A DNA stretch of 63,150 nucleotides, filler included, from Mobula hypostoma (Eukaryota), in NCBI RefSeq assembly GCF_963921235.1. It is 3 parts of 3 records of this genome, joined end to end, with 100 filler letters (N's around TTAATTAATTAA, not from the genome) between each part and the next. Parts side by side here need not be neighbours in the genome. Positions count along the whole stretch, not along the records: positions 1 to 29,763 come from NC_086106.1; 2 more parts are not named here. One strand, given 5' to 3'. The notes beneath the pieces are model-generated. The model was not told the DNA's origin, did not search any database, and worked only from the letters and a program-made list of their open reading frames with translations. Within the stretch, counting starts at the first letter, position 1, and each line of letters opens with the position of its first letter. Below are positions 13,130-23,960 of this stretch, piece by piece. Both the position numbers and the translations under genes were made by a program.

Positions 13130-13700
13130 GCCCATGCGTGGTTCTTGTAGGGGTTCCCGTTCCAGGAGAGTTCATTGTTAGCAAGGAAATTGGTGCTACT
13201 GAGAAAGGTCATGTAGGTGGTCACCAGCTCACAGTTCGACAGTTCCTCCTGCTAAGGGTAGCGTGTTGGACGAGGTGAAGATCTTCTCAAGTGTGCGGGC
13301 AGGAGTGACAGACTGACTATCCTTCTATGAGAGGCGACCAAGAGTATACAGGACTGCTCCAATGATACAGGGACCCGGAGAGAATGGCACGGAATATTTT
13401 GTACAGTCAAGTTCTTCCAACCTAAGGAATGTTTGTGCATTGAAGGTTCCCGAGACGGCGACGCCAGACGGGATATTGTTCAGTGACAAAATGTTTCAAA
13501 TACTGGTCCTGCAATTTCTGGGGTTTGATAGAACAACAGCAGGTCTTATTGAAAACGTTCCTATGGGGCGAAATGGTAGGTTTCGGATAGCGGATGTGCC
13601 CCTGACATTGGTGTCTCAGACCAGAGGAGGGGAGTCACCATCTCAGAATAAGTGGTCAACCATTCACAATGGTGACGGGAGAAATACTTACTCGCACCCT
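13130..13700 (-). mobile_element. Possible highly degraded L1/Tx1-clade LINE fragment
   Basis: Minus frame gives CCSIKPQKLQDQYLKHF..YPVWRRRLG..NIP, loosely like the remembered Tx1 post-RT region (CVDPQ...YLLRFYLSPVLRRMG..NVP). Many stops. Confidence 0.35.
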
Positions 13701-13899
13701 TACCGAAAGGATATGAATCTTTGGAATTTTCTGCCCCCTACTCGCTCCGACGGAGATGTGTCAGTGAGTTTTGGACGTGAAGGGAAGACAGACTTAGTGC
13801 ATGCAGCTGTGGCTGAGGTAGAGTGTCAGTTCAGATCTAATACAATAGAATTGGGGACGGATTGTGGGCAGCAAAGAGAAGAGTTCAAGTTCTCTCCTA

Positions 13900-14400
13900 C
13901 CCCACTCCCCCTCTTTTCTCACCCAACCTATTTCCACCTTCTCTTTCCGGCTCTTTCCCCCTTTAACTCTCTCCCCTGTTCTCCTTCGTAATCCCTCGCT
14001 CCTAACGTTTTTCTTTATCTCCACACGTTCCCCCTCTCTCTCCTCCCATCTCTTCCCACCTCACCTCCCCCGCCCCCCCATCTCTTTTCAATCTCTGTTA
14101 ACTCCCGCTCTTCTCACTTTGTTACCCTATCTCTACTTGGCTCTTCCTCTCTCCGCTTCGCTCCCTTCTTTCTCTCTCCTCCGGCCCACTCCCCCTCTTT
14201 CGAATAACTCTTCCCTCTCTCCCCCTCTCTTCCCTCATTCTACACTTTCTAGCCACGTCTCTTCTTTTTATCCTCTCCTACCCTCTCCCTTTCTCCCTCC
14301 ACTGTCCCTCCTCTCTCTTTCACATAATGCTGGAGAAATTAAGCAGACCGTTATCTCCTTACCTGCCCATCATCTCACCCTATCCTTCTGTCTCTACCTC
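13900..14400 (+). repeat. Degenerate CT-rich low-complexity tract
   Basis: Pyrimidine-dominated sequence with no regular unit. Confidence 0.85.
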
Positions 14401-14591
14401 CTACTCAAGAACCATGAAATGGCCTGCTCAGGTTGACCCATGGTTTGAGCTTGTCCCTGCCCCAACGAACTTATATGTATAACTCTTGACTCTTGTTTGA
14501 TCCCTCCTGGTTCAGTCCCTTCCTACCAACATCGGGCCCCTTCCCTGACTCCCTTCACTTTGGCATAAATTGTCCTCCCTCTCCATAATAT

Positions 14592-14740
14592 CGGTCGGCT
14601 GGTGGCGTAGTGGCATCAGCATCGGACTTCAGTGCGAAAGCTCTCTATTTCGGATCCAGCAGGCTCCCTTGCACACTTTCCATCCGTGCTGGGTTGAGCG
14701 TCGAGTTAGCAACACGGTCTGGTAAAAATAAGAAAGTCTG
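14592..14740 (+). mobile_element. tRNA-derived SINE (same family as 62946-63090)
   Basis: A-box-like TGGCGTAGTGG. Body tttccatccgtgctgggttgagcgtcgagttagcaacacggtctggtaaaaa aligns with the reverse complement of the 63-kb copy. Confidence 0.75.
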
Positions 14741-14844
14741 TTAAAAAGCAAACGCCGTCATGGCGGCGTCCGGATGACTCCACTCGGAGTTAAGGGCTTT
14801 CTTCTTCTCTATAATTTCTCCGTCGACTGCTCTGACTTCCTTCA

Positions 14845-15645
14845 TACCACGTCGCATGGGTCCCTGCTATGCCTGCCACTTGTCGGCTATGTGGAACAGT
14901 CTATGCTCCAAGCCTACACCGGTATCTCTCCCCAATATTTCAGTCGCCTCATCGACCACTCTATTGGTACTGCTTCTGGCACCCATGCTGAGCCTGTCGA
15001 CTTCATCAACTTTGCCTCTAACTTCCACCCTGCCCTAAAATTTACCTAGTCCATTTCTGACACCACTCTCCTCTTTCTCGATCTCTCTGACTATATCTGG
15101 AGACAGTTTTTCTACTGATATATTTTATAAATCCAACAATTCTCACAGCTTCCTGGACTATACCTCTTCCCACCCTATCACATGTGAAAATGTCAACCCC
15201 TTCTCTCAGTTCCTCGTCACCGCAGCATCTGTTCTCAGGACGAGCCGTTCATTCCAGAACTAATGAGATGTCCCCTTATCTCCTTACCTGCCCATCAGTT
15301 CTTTCTGGTGCTCCTTCCCTTCCCCTTCTTCCATGGTCTTCGACCCTCTCCGATCCGATTCCCCATTCTCCAGCCCTTTACTTCTTTCTCCAAAAAACTT
15401 CCCAGCTCTTTATTTCACACCTCACCCTTTCAATATTTCAACTGTAAGCTACCACTTTGTTGTTCTTCCTCCCTCCCGCCCCGGCTTCCTTTTTGACTAA
15501 CTTCTCAGCTTATTTCACCAGTACTGATGAAGGGCCTCGGCCCTGAACGTCGTATGCTTAGAGTTTTCCATAGATGCTGCCTGGCCCTCTGGGTTCCTGA
15601 AGCATTTTGGATTTCTAGCATCTGCACGTTTTTTCGTCTTTATTC
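14845..15645 (+). mobile_element. Penelope-like element: RT fragment plus 3' end
   Basis: MGPCYAC..VGYVEQSMLQAY...DFINFASNFHPALKFT*SISDTTLSFLDL...DIFYK..SHSFLDYTSSHP is a PLE RT. Ends in the tgatgaagggcctcggccc..tagatgctgcctggcc..agcatctgca terminal motif. Confidence 0.85.
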
Positions 15646-16239
15646 CTTCTCGCTCCGCCTAACTGTCCCATTCTCCTTTCCTCTCTCTTCTCCTCATTCA
15701 CAACCCCTGCACACCCAGCAATGGTGATTGCTCTTCCTTCCCATCCTTCTCACTCTGCCTCGTCACAGCACCTTCCATTCCCTACCCCAGCCATTTCCTC
15801 TCCCATCGTCTCACTACCCTCTGTCTCCCCCACAGTCTGCTCCTTCCCCTCCCCTCACTCCGAGCTATGCAGATATGAGAACTGTCCCCTGCCCCTCGGT
15901 CAGCTCCTTCGTTAACCCGCTCTGGCCTGTGCAATATTAAACCACTTGATCTGGGCCCTTGTTAATATCTCATACTCTCCTCGCTCTGCCTGCCGTGAGG
16001 GCAGATGTGGGGGGACCGCTACACTTGGGTCATATGACTGAAGGTCCGCCCTGTCCTCATATAGAAGAGTGAATTGAGGAAACTGGTGATGGACAGGGGA
16101 AGAGATAGAAAATAAGTAAATGGATAGATAGATAGATACATACATACATACCATAGATATAAAGATACTTTGTTGATCACAAAATTACAGTGTACAGTCG
16201 TTCACAGGCAGACAATATTGGAAGAGAAGTAAGAAGACC

Positions 16240-17215
16240 ATTTCTGGGACCCATACTCTTCGTGATTTTTATAAATGACCTGGATCAGGAAGTGGAGGGA
16301 TGGGTTAGTAAGTTTGCTGATGACACAAAGGGTGAGATGTTGTGGATAGTGTGTAAGGCTGTCAGAAGTTACAGCGGGACATTGATAGGATGCAAAACTG
16401 GGCTGCGAGGTGGCACATGGAGTTCAACCCAGATAAGTGTGAAGTGGTTCATTTTGGTAGGTCAAATATAATGGCAGAACATATGATGGTTAGACTCATG
16501 GCAGTGTGGAGGATCAGATATATCTTGGAGTCCGAGTCCACAGGACGCTCAAAGCAGCTGCGCAGGTTGACTCTGTGGTTAAGAAGGCATACGGTTTATT
16601 GACCTTCATCAATCGTGGAATTGAATTTAGAAGCCGAGAGGTAATGTTGCAGCTATTTTAAGATCCTGCTCAGACCCCACTTGGAGTTCTGCGCTCACTT
16701 CTGGTCGCCTCACTACAAGAAGGATGTGGAAACCATAGAAAGGGTGCAGAGGACATTTACAAGGATATTGCCTGGATTGGGAAGCATGCCTTATTAAGAC
16801 AGGTTGAGTGATCTCGGCCTGTTTTCCTTGGAGCGACGGAGGATGAGAGATGTCCTGATTAAGATGATAAGAGGCATTGATTGTGTGCATAGTCAGAGGT
16901 TTGTTCCCAAGGCTGAAATGGTTGTCACAAGAGGGCACAGGTTTAAGGTGCTGGGGAGTAGCTACAGAGGAGAAATCAGAGATAATTTTTTTTAGGCAGA
17001 AAGTGGTGAGTGCGTAGAATGGGCTTCCGTTAATGTTGGTTGAGGTAGATACGATAGGGTCTTTTAGTAGACTTTTGGATAGATACATGGAGCTTAGAAA
17101 TATAGAGAGCTATGGGTAACCCTAGTAATTTCGAAGGTAGGGATATGTTCAGCACAACTTTGTGGGCCGAAGGGCCTGTATTATGCTGGAGGTTTTCTGT
17201 GTTTCTATGTTTCCA
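16240..17215 (+). mobile_element. CR1 LINE 3' fragment
   Basis: [46 protein letters not shown]; tgtttctatgtttc tail. Confidence 0.9.
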
Positions 17216-17379
17216 AGAATAAATAAAATATAAATTACTTTAAATAGTCTAAAAGGAGGGGGTCATCGATTCCCCGACTATAGGTTGACTCATTACAGAC
17301 ATTATGCTCTTATGGCCGAAGGTAAGAATGTTCTCAGATAGCGTCTGAGTACTCTTTGGAGCAGCGCAGCTGTCTTTGG

Positions 17380-17860
17380 AGAGGGGAATGGCGAGAGGGG
17401 GCTGAATAGAGAGAGTGGTGGTAGAGAGGGTGCACAGTGCGGACGACAGGAAGTTGGGTGAGAGATGGGGAGAAATACGGATAGAAGGATGAAAGGGAAA
17501 GAGAACATGGAGGAATGAGGACGTGAAGAGAGAGCGGGAGTGAAACGAAGCGAGATGGGGAGAAAGCGGGAAAGAGAGGTTTGGCGGAGCGGAGGGGAAA
17601 GGAGGTGAGGAGGTAATGTATGTTGGAAAGGGAGGAAAGGGTGTAAAGTATGGGAAGAGCAGTGGGTGAGAAGCAAGGGGCTAGTGGGTCGGGAAGGGAG
17701 GTGGAAGTAGAGAAGCGATAGGAGAGAGTGGACGAGAGAGGTGAAGAAGGGTAGAGGGAGAGATTGGGATGACTGCGAGGGAAGAGAAAAGAATAGGATC
17801 TAGGAGAGGAGGAAGAGAGAGATAAGAGAGGGAAGGAGTGGGCGACGGGGAAGAAGGGTG
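17380..17860 (+). repeat. Degenerate GA-rich low-complexity tract
   Basis: Purine-dominated sequence with no regular unit. Confidence 0.85.
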
Positions 17861-20029
17861 ATAGGGTCAGGAGAGATGTCACGTGGTTTTGCTCAAACTC
17901 TCGCCCACACATCAATAATGCTCCAGAAGATGGGGAGAGAGGCAGGGAGTTTAACGCTACCTTCCCACCACCAGATTTGTCGTTCAGCACTGCCGGTTGC
18001 GTTTCCGAGGGGAACATATAAGATAAGCCAATTCAACAGCCACAGTACACCTCTAATCATTTAATATGAGAAGCGGGACGTTAATATTGAGAATATACCA
18101 GGTGACCCGTACCAGGACAGCTTACTCTTTGCTACCGCTCAACTATCTACGGTCACTCAATAAGACAAACGAATTGCACTTCAGGACGGTAACCTAGCAT
18201 AGTTCCTGGATTGAAGTGCTTAATTTTCACTTGATAGATGCTTCAAAGCAAACATTAGCAGAATTGATGATAAAGGGAGATAGAATGTATTTCACGGAAT
18301 AGGGACAATGGGCCATTACATTTATGATGAGAGACCGGAGTTTTCAGATATACAGATTCCGCTTCAGCAAAGGCAGTTACCCCCAACAAAAATGTGACAT
18401 CTGACGCTTAGATAAGGAGACTTTCAGAGAAATATGGTAGTGAAAAATTACAGAGGAAGGTACAGCAACATCACTCATCGTATTATCTCAAAGAATATCG
18501 AATTATCACAAAAATTATTTTTAATATGTCTAGAATCATTCTTATGATGAGTTTGATTCCATCATTTTCCATTGCTGGTCTTCGGGACCAGCAAGTCGTC
18601 AGCTGGTGGTTCCTTCGCTCTCCTTTTCCGTGACGTAGGCTGGCACGTCTCCCGAAAATTTATCTAGAAACATGATGGCTTCCAGTTTATTATATCCATT
18701 CTTTACTTGAACTCAAAAGTAAACTCAAAGTTGTCTTAGTTAAATGTTGGGTTTTGTTAAGTTTACCTGAGATGAATATTCAACCTGCCATCCTGAGCCC
18801 AACACATTTATGCGTTTACGAGGAAGTCATGCCAGCGGTTTTACGTCTTCAGCAGCCTGAAGAAATTCGATGTATCACCAAATATTTCCGTAAATCTCAA
18901 CAGATGTATTTTGCAGAACAATCTGTCTGTTTGTATCGCAGCTTGTTATTAAGGCTCCGATGCATAGGATCGCAAAAGGACTCAGAGCGTTTCAGAGTCA
19001 GCCAGCTCAATCATAACCACAATCCTGTCCATCATTAATGACATCTTCAACTAATCGGGCACTTAAGAAGGCGGCATCAAACTCCAAAGGACTCTTAATA
19101 TATAGGCATGCACTTTTCTCGTTAGTACCATCGGGAATGAATACTGGAGCATGCACATCCGCATTCAGCCATTCAGAAACTGATTGATTTCCTACTCCAT
19201 CACAGTTCTGAACGGTCCATGAGACCAAACGGTACAACATAGTTATTCCTTTTCGGTACTGTTTACTTAACTTATCCTTCATTCCGCTTTTACCTCCTTG
19301 TACTGCAATTTTATTGGAAAGCAACAAAGGGCCCATCATTTACGATGAATGATGTTTGTTCATATTAACTTGATCCACTCTCGTTAATTGCACTTGCTGC
19401 TAAATAGCGTAGCATAAATCGATGGAGCCTTGAGCAGCAATGAATTTGTCATGCAATATGTCACAGGCCAGCTTTAAAAACTCACATCTCTGTAAATGGT
19501 GCATTTGGAACGTTCAAAGTTCTTCCAGAGAAGGTAATTAGCTAAACTGTCATGCCGGTCACAATAATAGATTGCGAAGGAGACAAGCAATGGCGTAATC
19601 ATCAATTTCGCCTCATGTCGGCCATCGAAGGAACAGGAACGGCTCTGGGGAGATCCTCGAAACGAATTAATGTGTTTTCAGATCTTAAACTGAAGAAGTG
19701 ATAACGAATATTCAGGAACGTATAAATTGTTTAAAAATATATTTATGCCTAGCAAGTTCAAGTGCCAATCATAAGAAAAAGCACATGATTGAAAATTATA
19801 ACATTTTTCACGGGAGTGAAATGGGAAATATGTCGAATTTAATGAGGACAAAGAGTCAATTCGTTATCTCGTGGAATGAGGAAGTATCTGTTTTAACTTA
19901 CCATTTTTGGCCTAGGGAAAATGCATCCTTTTTAATCCATAGCTATTTTATAATCCTGTCTTTTGACGGTCAATATCGTTGGATATCTGTCGCCATGTTT
20001 CTGAAAATGTACTTTATTTCACTAATCAT

Positions 20030-20900
20030 CTAATTAGAGCGAAGGGGTATTGAGCACCTAGATCAGATCCTCTCTGAATTTTCTCTGAGTCGCGGTGTAA
20101 ACAGCCGTGTTTGTGTAGCAGCTGAGCATCTGAAACATAATCGCAGATTGTTCAAATCTTGTAATGCGGTTCATCATACGTCTGGACAGAAATGCCTTCA
20201 CCATCTGATAATAAACAAAATATGCAAAACTTGTAGCCCAGAGTAGAATAAAAGTGCTGGATATTGCAAGAAGCAAGATAATAGACCTCCGACGGTACTC
20301 AATCTCGGGATCTCGGGTACTCCAGTCCCGTAGTTTTCTGCGGACCCGATTAGCTACCAGAATGCGCCTGACGGTGAGCGCATTGAGTAATACAATTAAA
20401 CAGAACTGAATCACTGGAGTTAACATCTGATCTCCAGGAAAATGCAATCCACGCTGGATGAATATAAAATAGCTGAAATATACGACAGTCCTGAAAAATA
20501 TTATAGATTGTGAAATTGCCAACATACGCAAATGGTCAGGGCATGTTTTTAAAGCAGAAGATCGTACTCAGTGTCACAAGAGCCTCCACCGCTGTTCTCT
20601 CGGTGCAGTATTTCGTTGACAGTTTCTGGGTGGAAATGGACACAAATCGATCATAGGAGAAAGCGACAGTGAACCAAACACAATAGTCAACAGTCACAGT
20701 AGATAGGAAGTGAATTATGTTACATACGGGTGTGTAGAACAAGAAAGAGGACGTCCAATAAAGTTTGTCAATTTGGTGCAACGTCACCTTGCAGACAATC
20801 ACCAAGAGGTCTGCCGTCGTCATGGCCACCAGGTAACGAGTGATACATCTGGAGAGACCGGACTTCCTACGGGACAGTGTCATAATCGTCAGCAAGTTCA
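20030..20900 (-). pseudogene. GPR139-like class A GPCR, exon 2 (TM1-TM7), pseudogenised
   Basis: Acceptor ttttctgccAG at 20902-20901, then (V)NLLTIMTLSRRKSGLSRCITRYLVAMTTADLL, FSYDRFVSI (DRY-like), LLNALTVRRILVANRVRRKL and CYTNTAVY (NPxxY-like). Lesions: TGA at 20538-20536, frameshift at ~20433, TAG at 20060-20058, further frameshift before YPFALIR. Confidence 0.88.
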
Positions 20901-21269
20901 CTGGCAGAAAATGAAAGAATAATCCGTGAGATGCGCTGAGAAATGTCGCGCTGGAACTGAACTGAATTTAGTTATATTATTCAGACTGCTCCGACTGCGA
21001 ATCGGCGTCTTCTTGTATTGTTTTCCTTCGTTTGATATTGTAAACGATTGTAAATGAATTATGCGTTTGCTTCCAGGTAAATAATTGGTTTACCGAAGCA
21101 AACTGACACTGTCTCAGCTTGTTCTAAGGAATCTATACGCTATTATTCTCACTGGAAAAAAGCTCTGTTTTTCTCTCTGATGATCCGGCATCACAAGTGT
21201 GCTATGCTCCTTAAAATTCACAATCGTCTAATATTCACAATGACGAATATGTATGTGTCAAAATACAAA

Positions 21270-22270
21270 GGGAGGAGAGGACCGCCCCTCTCTGCAAATG
21301 GAGTAGCAGTAATTTTGTCTGCTCTTAGTTTTCTTTCTCTCCCCCTACTTTAAAATTTGAATTTAACATTTTTATTTGTGGATTCCTGAGGGGGAACAAT
21401 ATGTCTATGTCTACAAGAAGTGGGAAGAATTTACCTGAAGCTAGTGATAAAGGTAATAGGCAAGGAAAGGTGCAAAAAGAAAGATCTGATGAAATGCCAT
21501 CGTGGGCTGAAGATATCGTTCGGACATTGAATTCAATTCAGGATCAGAATGGATCAATTAAAGACCAACTGGAAAAGAATAGTAATGAAATGAAGTCATT
21601 TCTGGGAAAACTTAAAGGCCTGGAAATTCAAGTTATTACACGTGAAGAGGAATTGAAGATAACTAAGCAAAAGTTGTCTAAAGCTACAACTCGTTTGGAA
21701 AGATATCAAAATAAGATTATAGACCTGGAAACTATGTCTCGCCGAAAGAATATACCAATTGTTGGGCTGCAAGATGGAGCTGAAGATGGAGATTTAACTG
21801 CTTACTTTAGTAAGCTTTTCCACACTTTATTTCCTACCATTTTATCAAAGCCGCCTGTTATAGAAAAGGCACACAGGGTGTTTACTTCGAAATTGAAGGA
21901 TTTTAGTAAACCAAGATCTGTTCTACTTTGCTTCCATCTCTTTGAAATTAAAGATCAAATAATGCAACAGGCAAGATAACAGAGAGTTTTTAGATTTATG
22001 GAATCTGAGCTCCGTTTTTACGAAGATTACCCAAAAGAGATAATACAACAAAGATCAAAATGTGCCCTGGTAATGAAACAGGCATATGATAAAAAAAAAC
22101 TCTTTCCCTCTCTGAGATTTCTGATAAGAATTAACTTTTTTCCTGCTAATTCTCCTCCTCGTACTTTTTTGGATCCAAAAGCTGCACCGGACTTTGTTCA
22201 GGCTACACCCTCCGCTGTTACTGACGCCGCTGCTGAATTGTTAAAAAATACACGTGGACTAAGATGTTAA
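21270..22270 (+). mobile_element. L1-clade LINE 5' UTR and ORF1 (coiled coil, RRM, CTD)
   Basis: ORF 21401-21979 has a heptad-rich coiled coil, then IIDLETMSRRKNIPIVGLQDGAE, IEKAHRV and KPRSVLLCF. One in-frame TAA, then LRFYEDYP in the same frame. Confidence 0.9.
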
Positions 22271-22279
22271 CTGTCCTGT

Positions 22280-23513
22280 GCTTTCACCAATGGGATCATC
22301 AGTTGATCTGCCACCTGTCTTAAGGAGTTTCGGCCCGCTTATGATCAAGACTCCCTCGAGGTGGTGGGCCAACAGTGCTAAAGCACCACCTCCCACTGGT
22401 GAGCTTAAAAACTTGGCATCTGCCTCTATCAGTCACTCCCATCCAACAGATAGTCTGCTCCTTAGGTGTCTATGCAACTACTGAAGGGTTTGCAAGATAT
22501 GTATGCACTGTCTACTATCTGCCCCTCTGGACGCACTTGGTCTACACCCGTGCTGATCCTTTCTCTGCTGCCTCAGCTACAGCCCTGCTGGTTGACTTGA
22601 TCTCTCTTCTAGTGAAGCCAAGGTCACACAGCCACTTCTGGAAAGTGAACGCAATAACCCACGGCAGCCTACTTCGAATGGATAGCATGAGACCCTCCAC
22701 CCTCTGTCTCTGCACTCTGATCTTAATTCTGCATACTTGGTTAACTTGCGCTCATGGGCTTCATCGATGTTGTCTTCCCAGGGGACTGTGAGTTCACCAA
22801 TAACCACTTCTCTACTGGTGTCAGACCATACGATTATATCTGGACGCTATGTGGTGAAAGCCATTTGCACCGGGAAACTGCCTTTCCCGTCCAGGTCGGC
22901 CTTGACACCACAAACGTTGACTGAAGAAAGTATGCTTGATCGTGAGACTGCACTGTACACCCTTGACTTGGAGCCTTCTTTCACAAATGATATGCGATAT
23001 TCTGTGCAGCATGGGGCATGAGATAAGTTGTGCTGCAGTACTCTCTGTTCAACCGCTTCTGTTACAACTTTCAGAACGTTGTTTTGTCTCCAAGTGTACA
23101 CGCCGCTGGAAAGATTGACTCTGCATGCACTCAAAATATGTTGAAATGTTCCCTTCTCACCACAAGCAGCACACCTGTCTGTCTTATCTTCATACCAGGT
23201 GCTGAGGTTGGCAGGTGTTGTGAGCAGGTCGTACACTGCTCTGCATAGAAAAGAAACGCGGAGTGGTTCCATCTGCCACAGAACATTCCAAGATAGATGT
23301 CGTTGTTCAACGCTTTCCCACCAGGTCCAAGCCCCCTTTGTGGCCAGGCCAGCTGTTTTAGATAACCTCTTCTCCTCTTCTACCTCTCGTACTTCTTGTG
23401 TTACAAGCTCACGGCGCTCCTCACCTGTAGAAGATGACCACCACTTGTGGGTTGTCCATCCAAGTCCCTGGCCGCCTAGGTGGATAGCCCCAACCGTCTC
23501 CTTGTGCTTCTGA
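22280..23513 (-). mobile_element. HERO/NeSL-type non-LTR retrotransposon 3' fragment with restriction-like endonuclease
   Basis: GAWTWWESV, FLCRAVYDLL, CCHC knuckle CAACGEKGTFQHILSAC, YTWRQNNVL, RPDII, ELTVPWEDNIDEAHERKLTKYAEL and FEVGCRG: a PD-(D/E)xK RLE domain. Confidence 0.9.
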
Positions 23514-23960
23514 AATGAACTATCTGAAAGGTTGTTTGGCTATCTGTATACTATTTTCATTTTGGAAAGAAGATTTACGAAGGTCATTTGGATATTTCAT
23601 TGAGAGACTAATTAATGAAGGCAAGGAGAATTGTTCATTATTGTTGGTTTTCCTTTGGAAAGATTTACGGCTCAAGCATGACTGTCTAAATGATCATCTG
23701 AACATTCGACTGAGAGAAGAATATAAGGGGATCTGTTCCTTTAATTTAATACTTGGTTTGAGTTTTTTTTTTGTTTCTTTTTTTTAAATCAGCTAATTGG
23801 TAGTTTTTTTTCCCTACTAATAGGACTATATATGTATATATATACACATACACACACACATTTGGGAAGGTTTAATTATTTATGATATTATGAATTAGTA
23901 TTTTTGAAAATTCAGCTGGGTCAAATATACTATATATTTTTTTCATTATAACAATTTGTG
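23514..23960 (+). mobile_element. Probable continuation of the L1 (inter-ORF spacer); no ORF2
   Basis: T-rich spacer-like sequence directly after the HERO insertion; no endonuclease or RT motifs follow. Confidence 0.45.

Noticed and set aside
13362-13991. 209-aa plus-strand ORF
   Set aside because: No recognisable domain, ends in the CT tract, and probably antisense to a decayed LINE.
13900-17860. CT tract and GA tract as a large inverted repeat
   Set aside because: Only compositional complementarity; no specific alignment seen.
19007-19339. 110-aa ORF with cadherin-like or CUB-like words (DVHAPVF, DCGYD)
   Set aside because: Motifs are too short and wrongly spaced; no exon boundaries support it.
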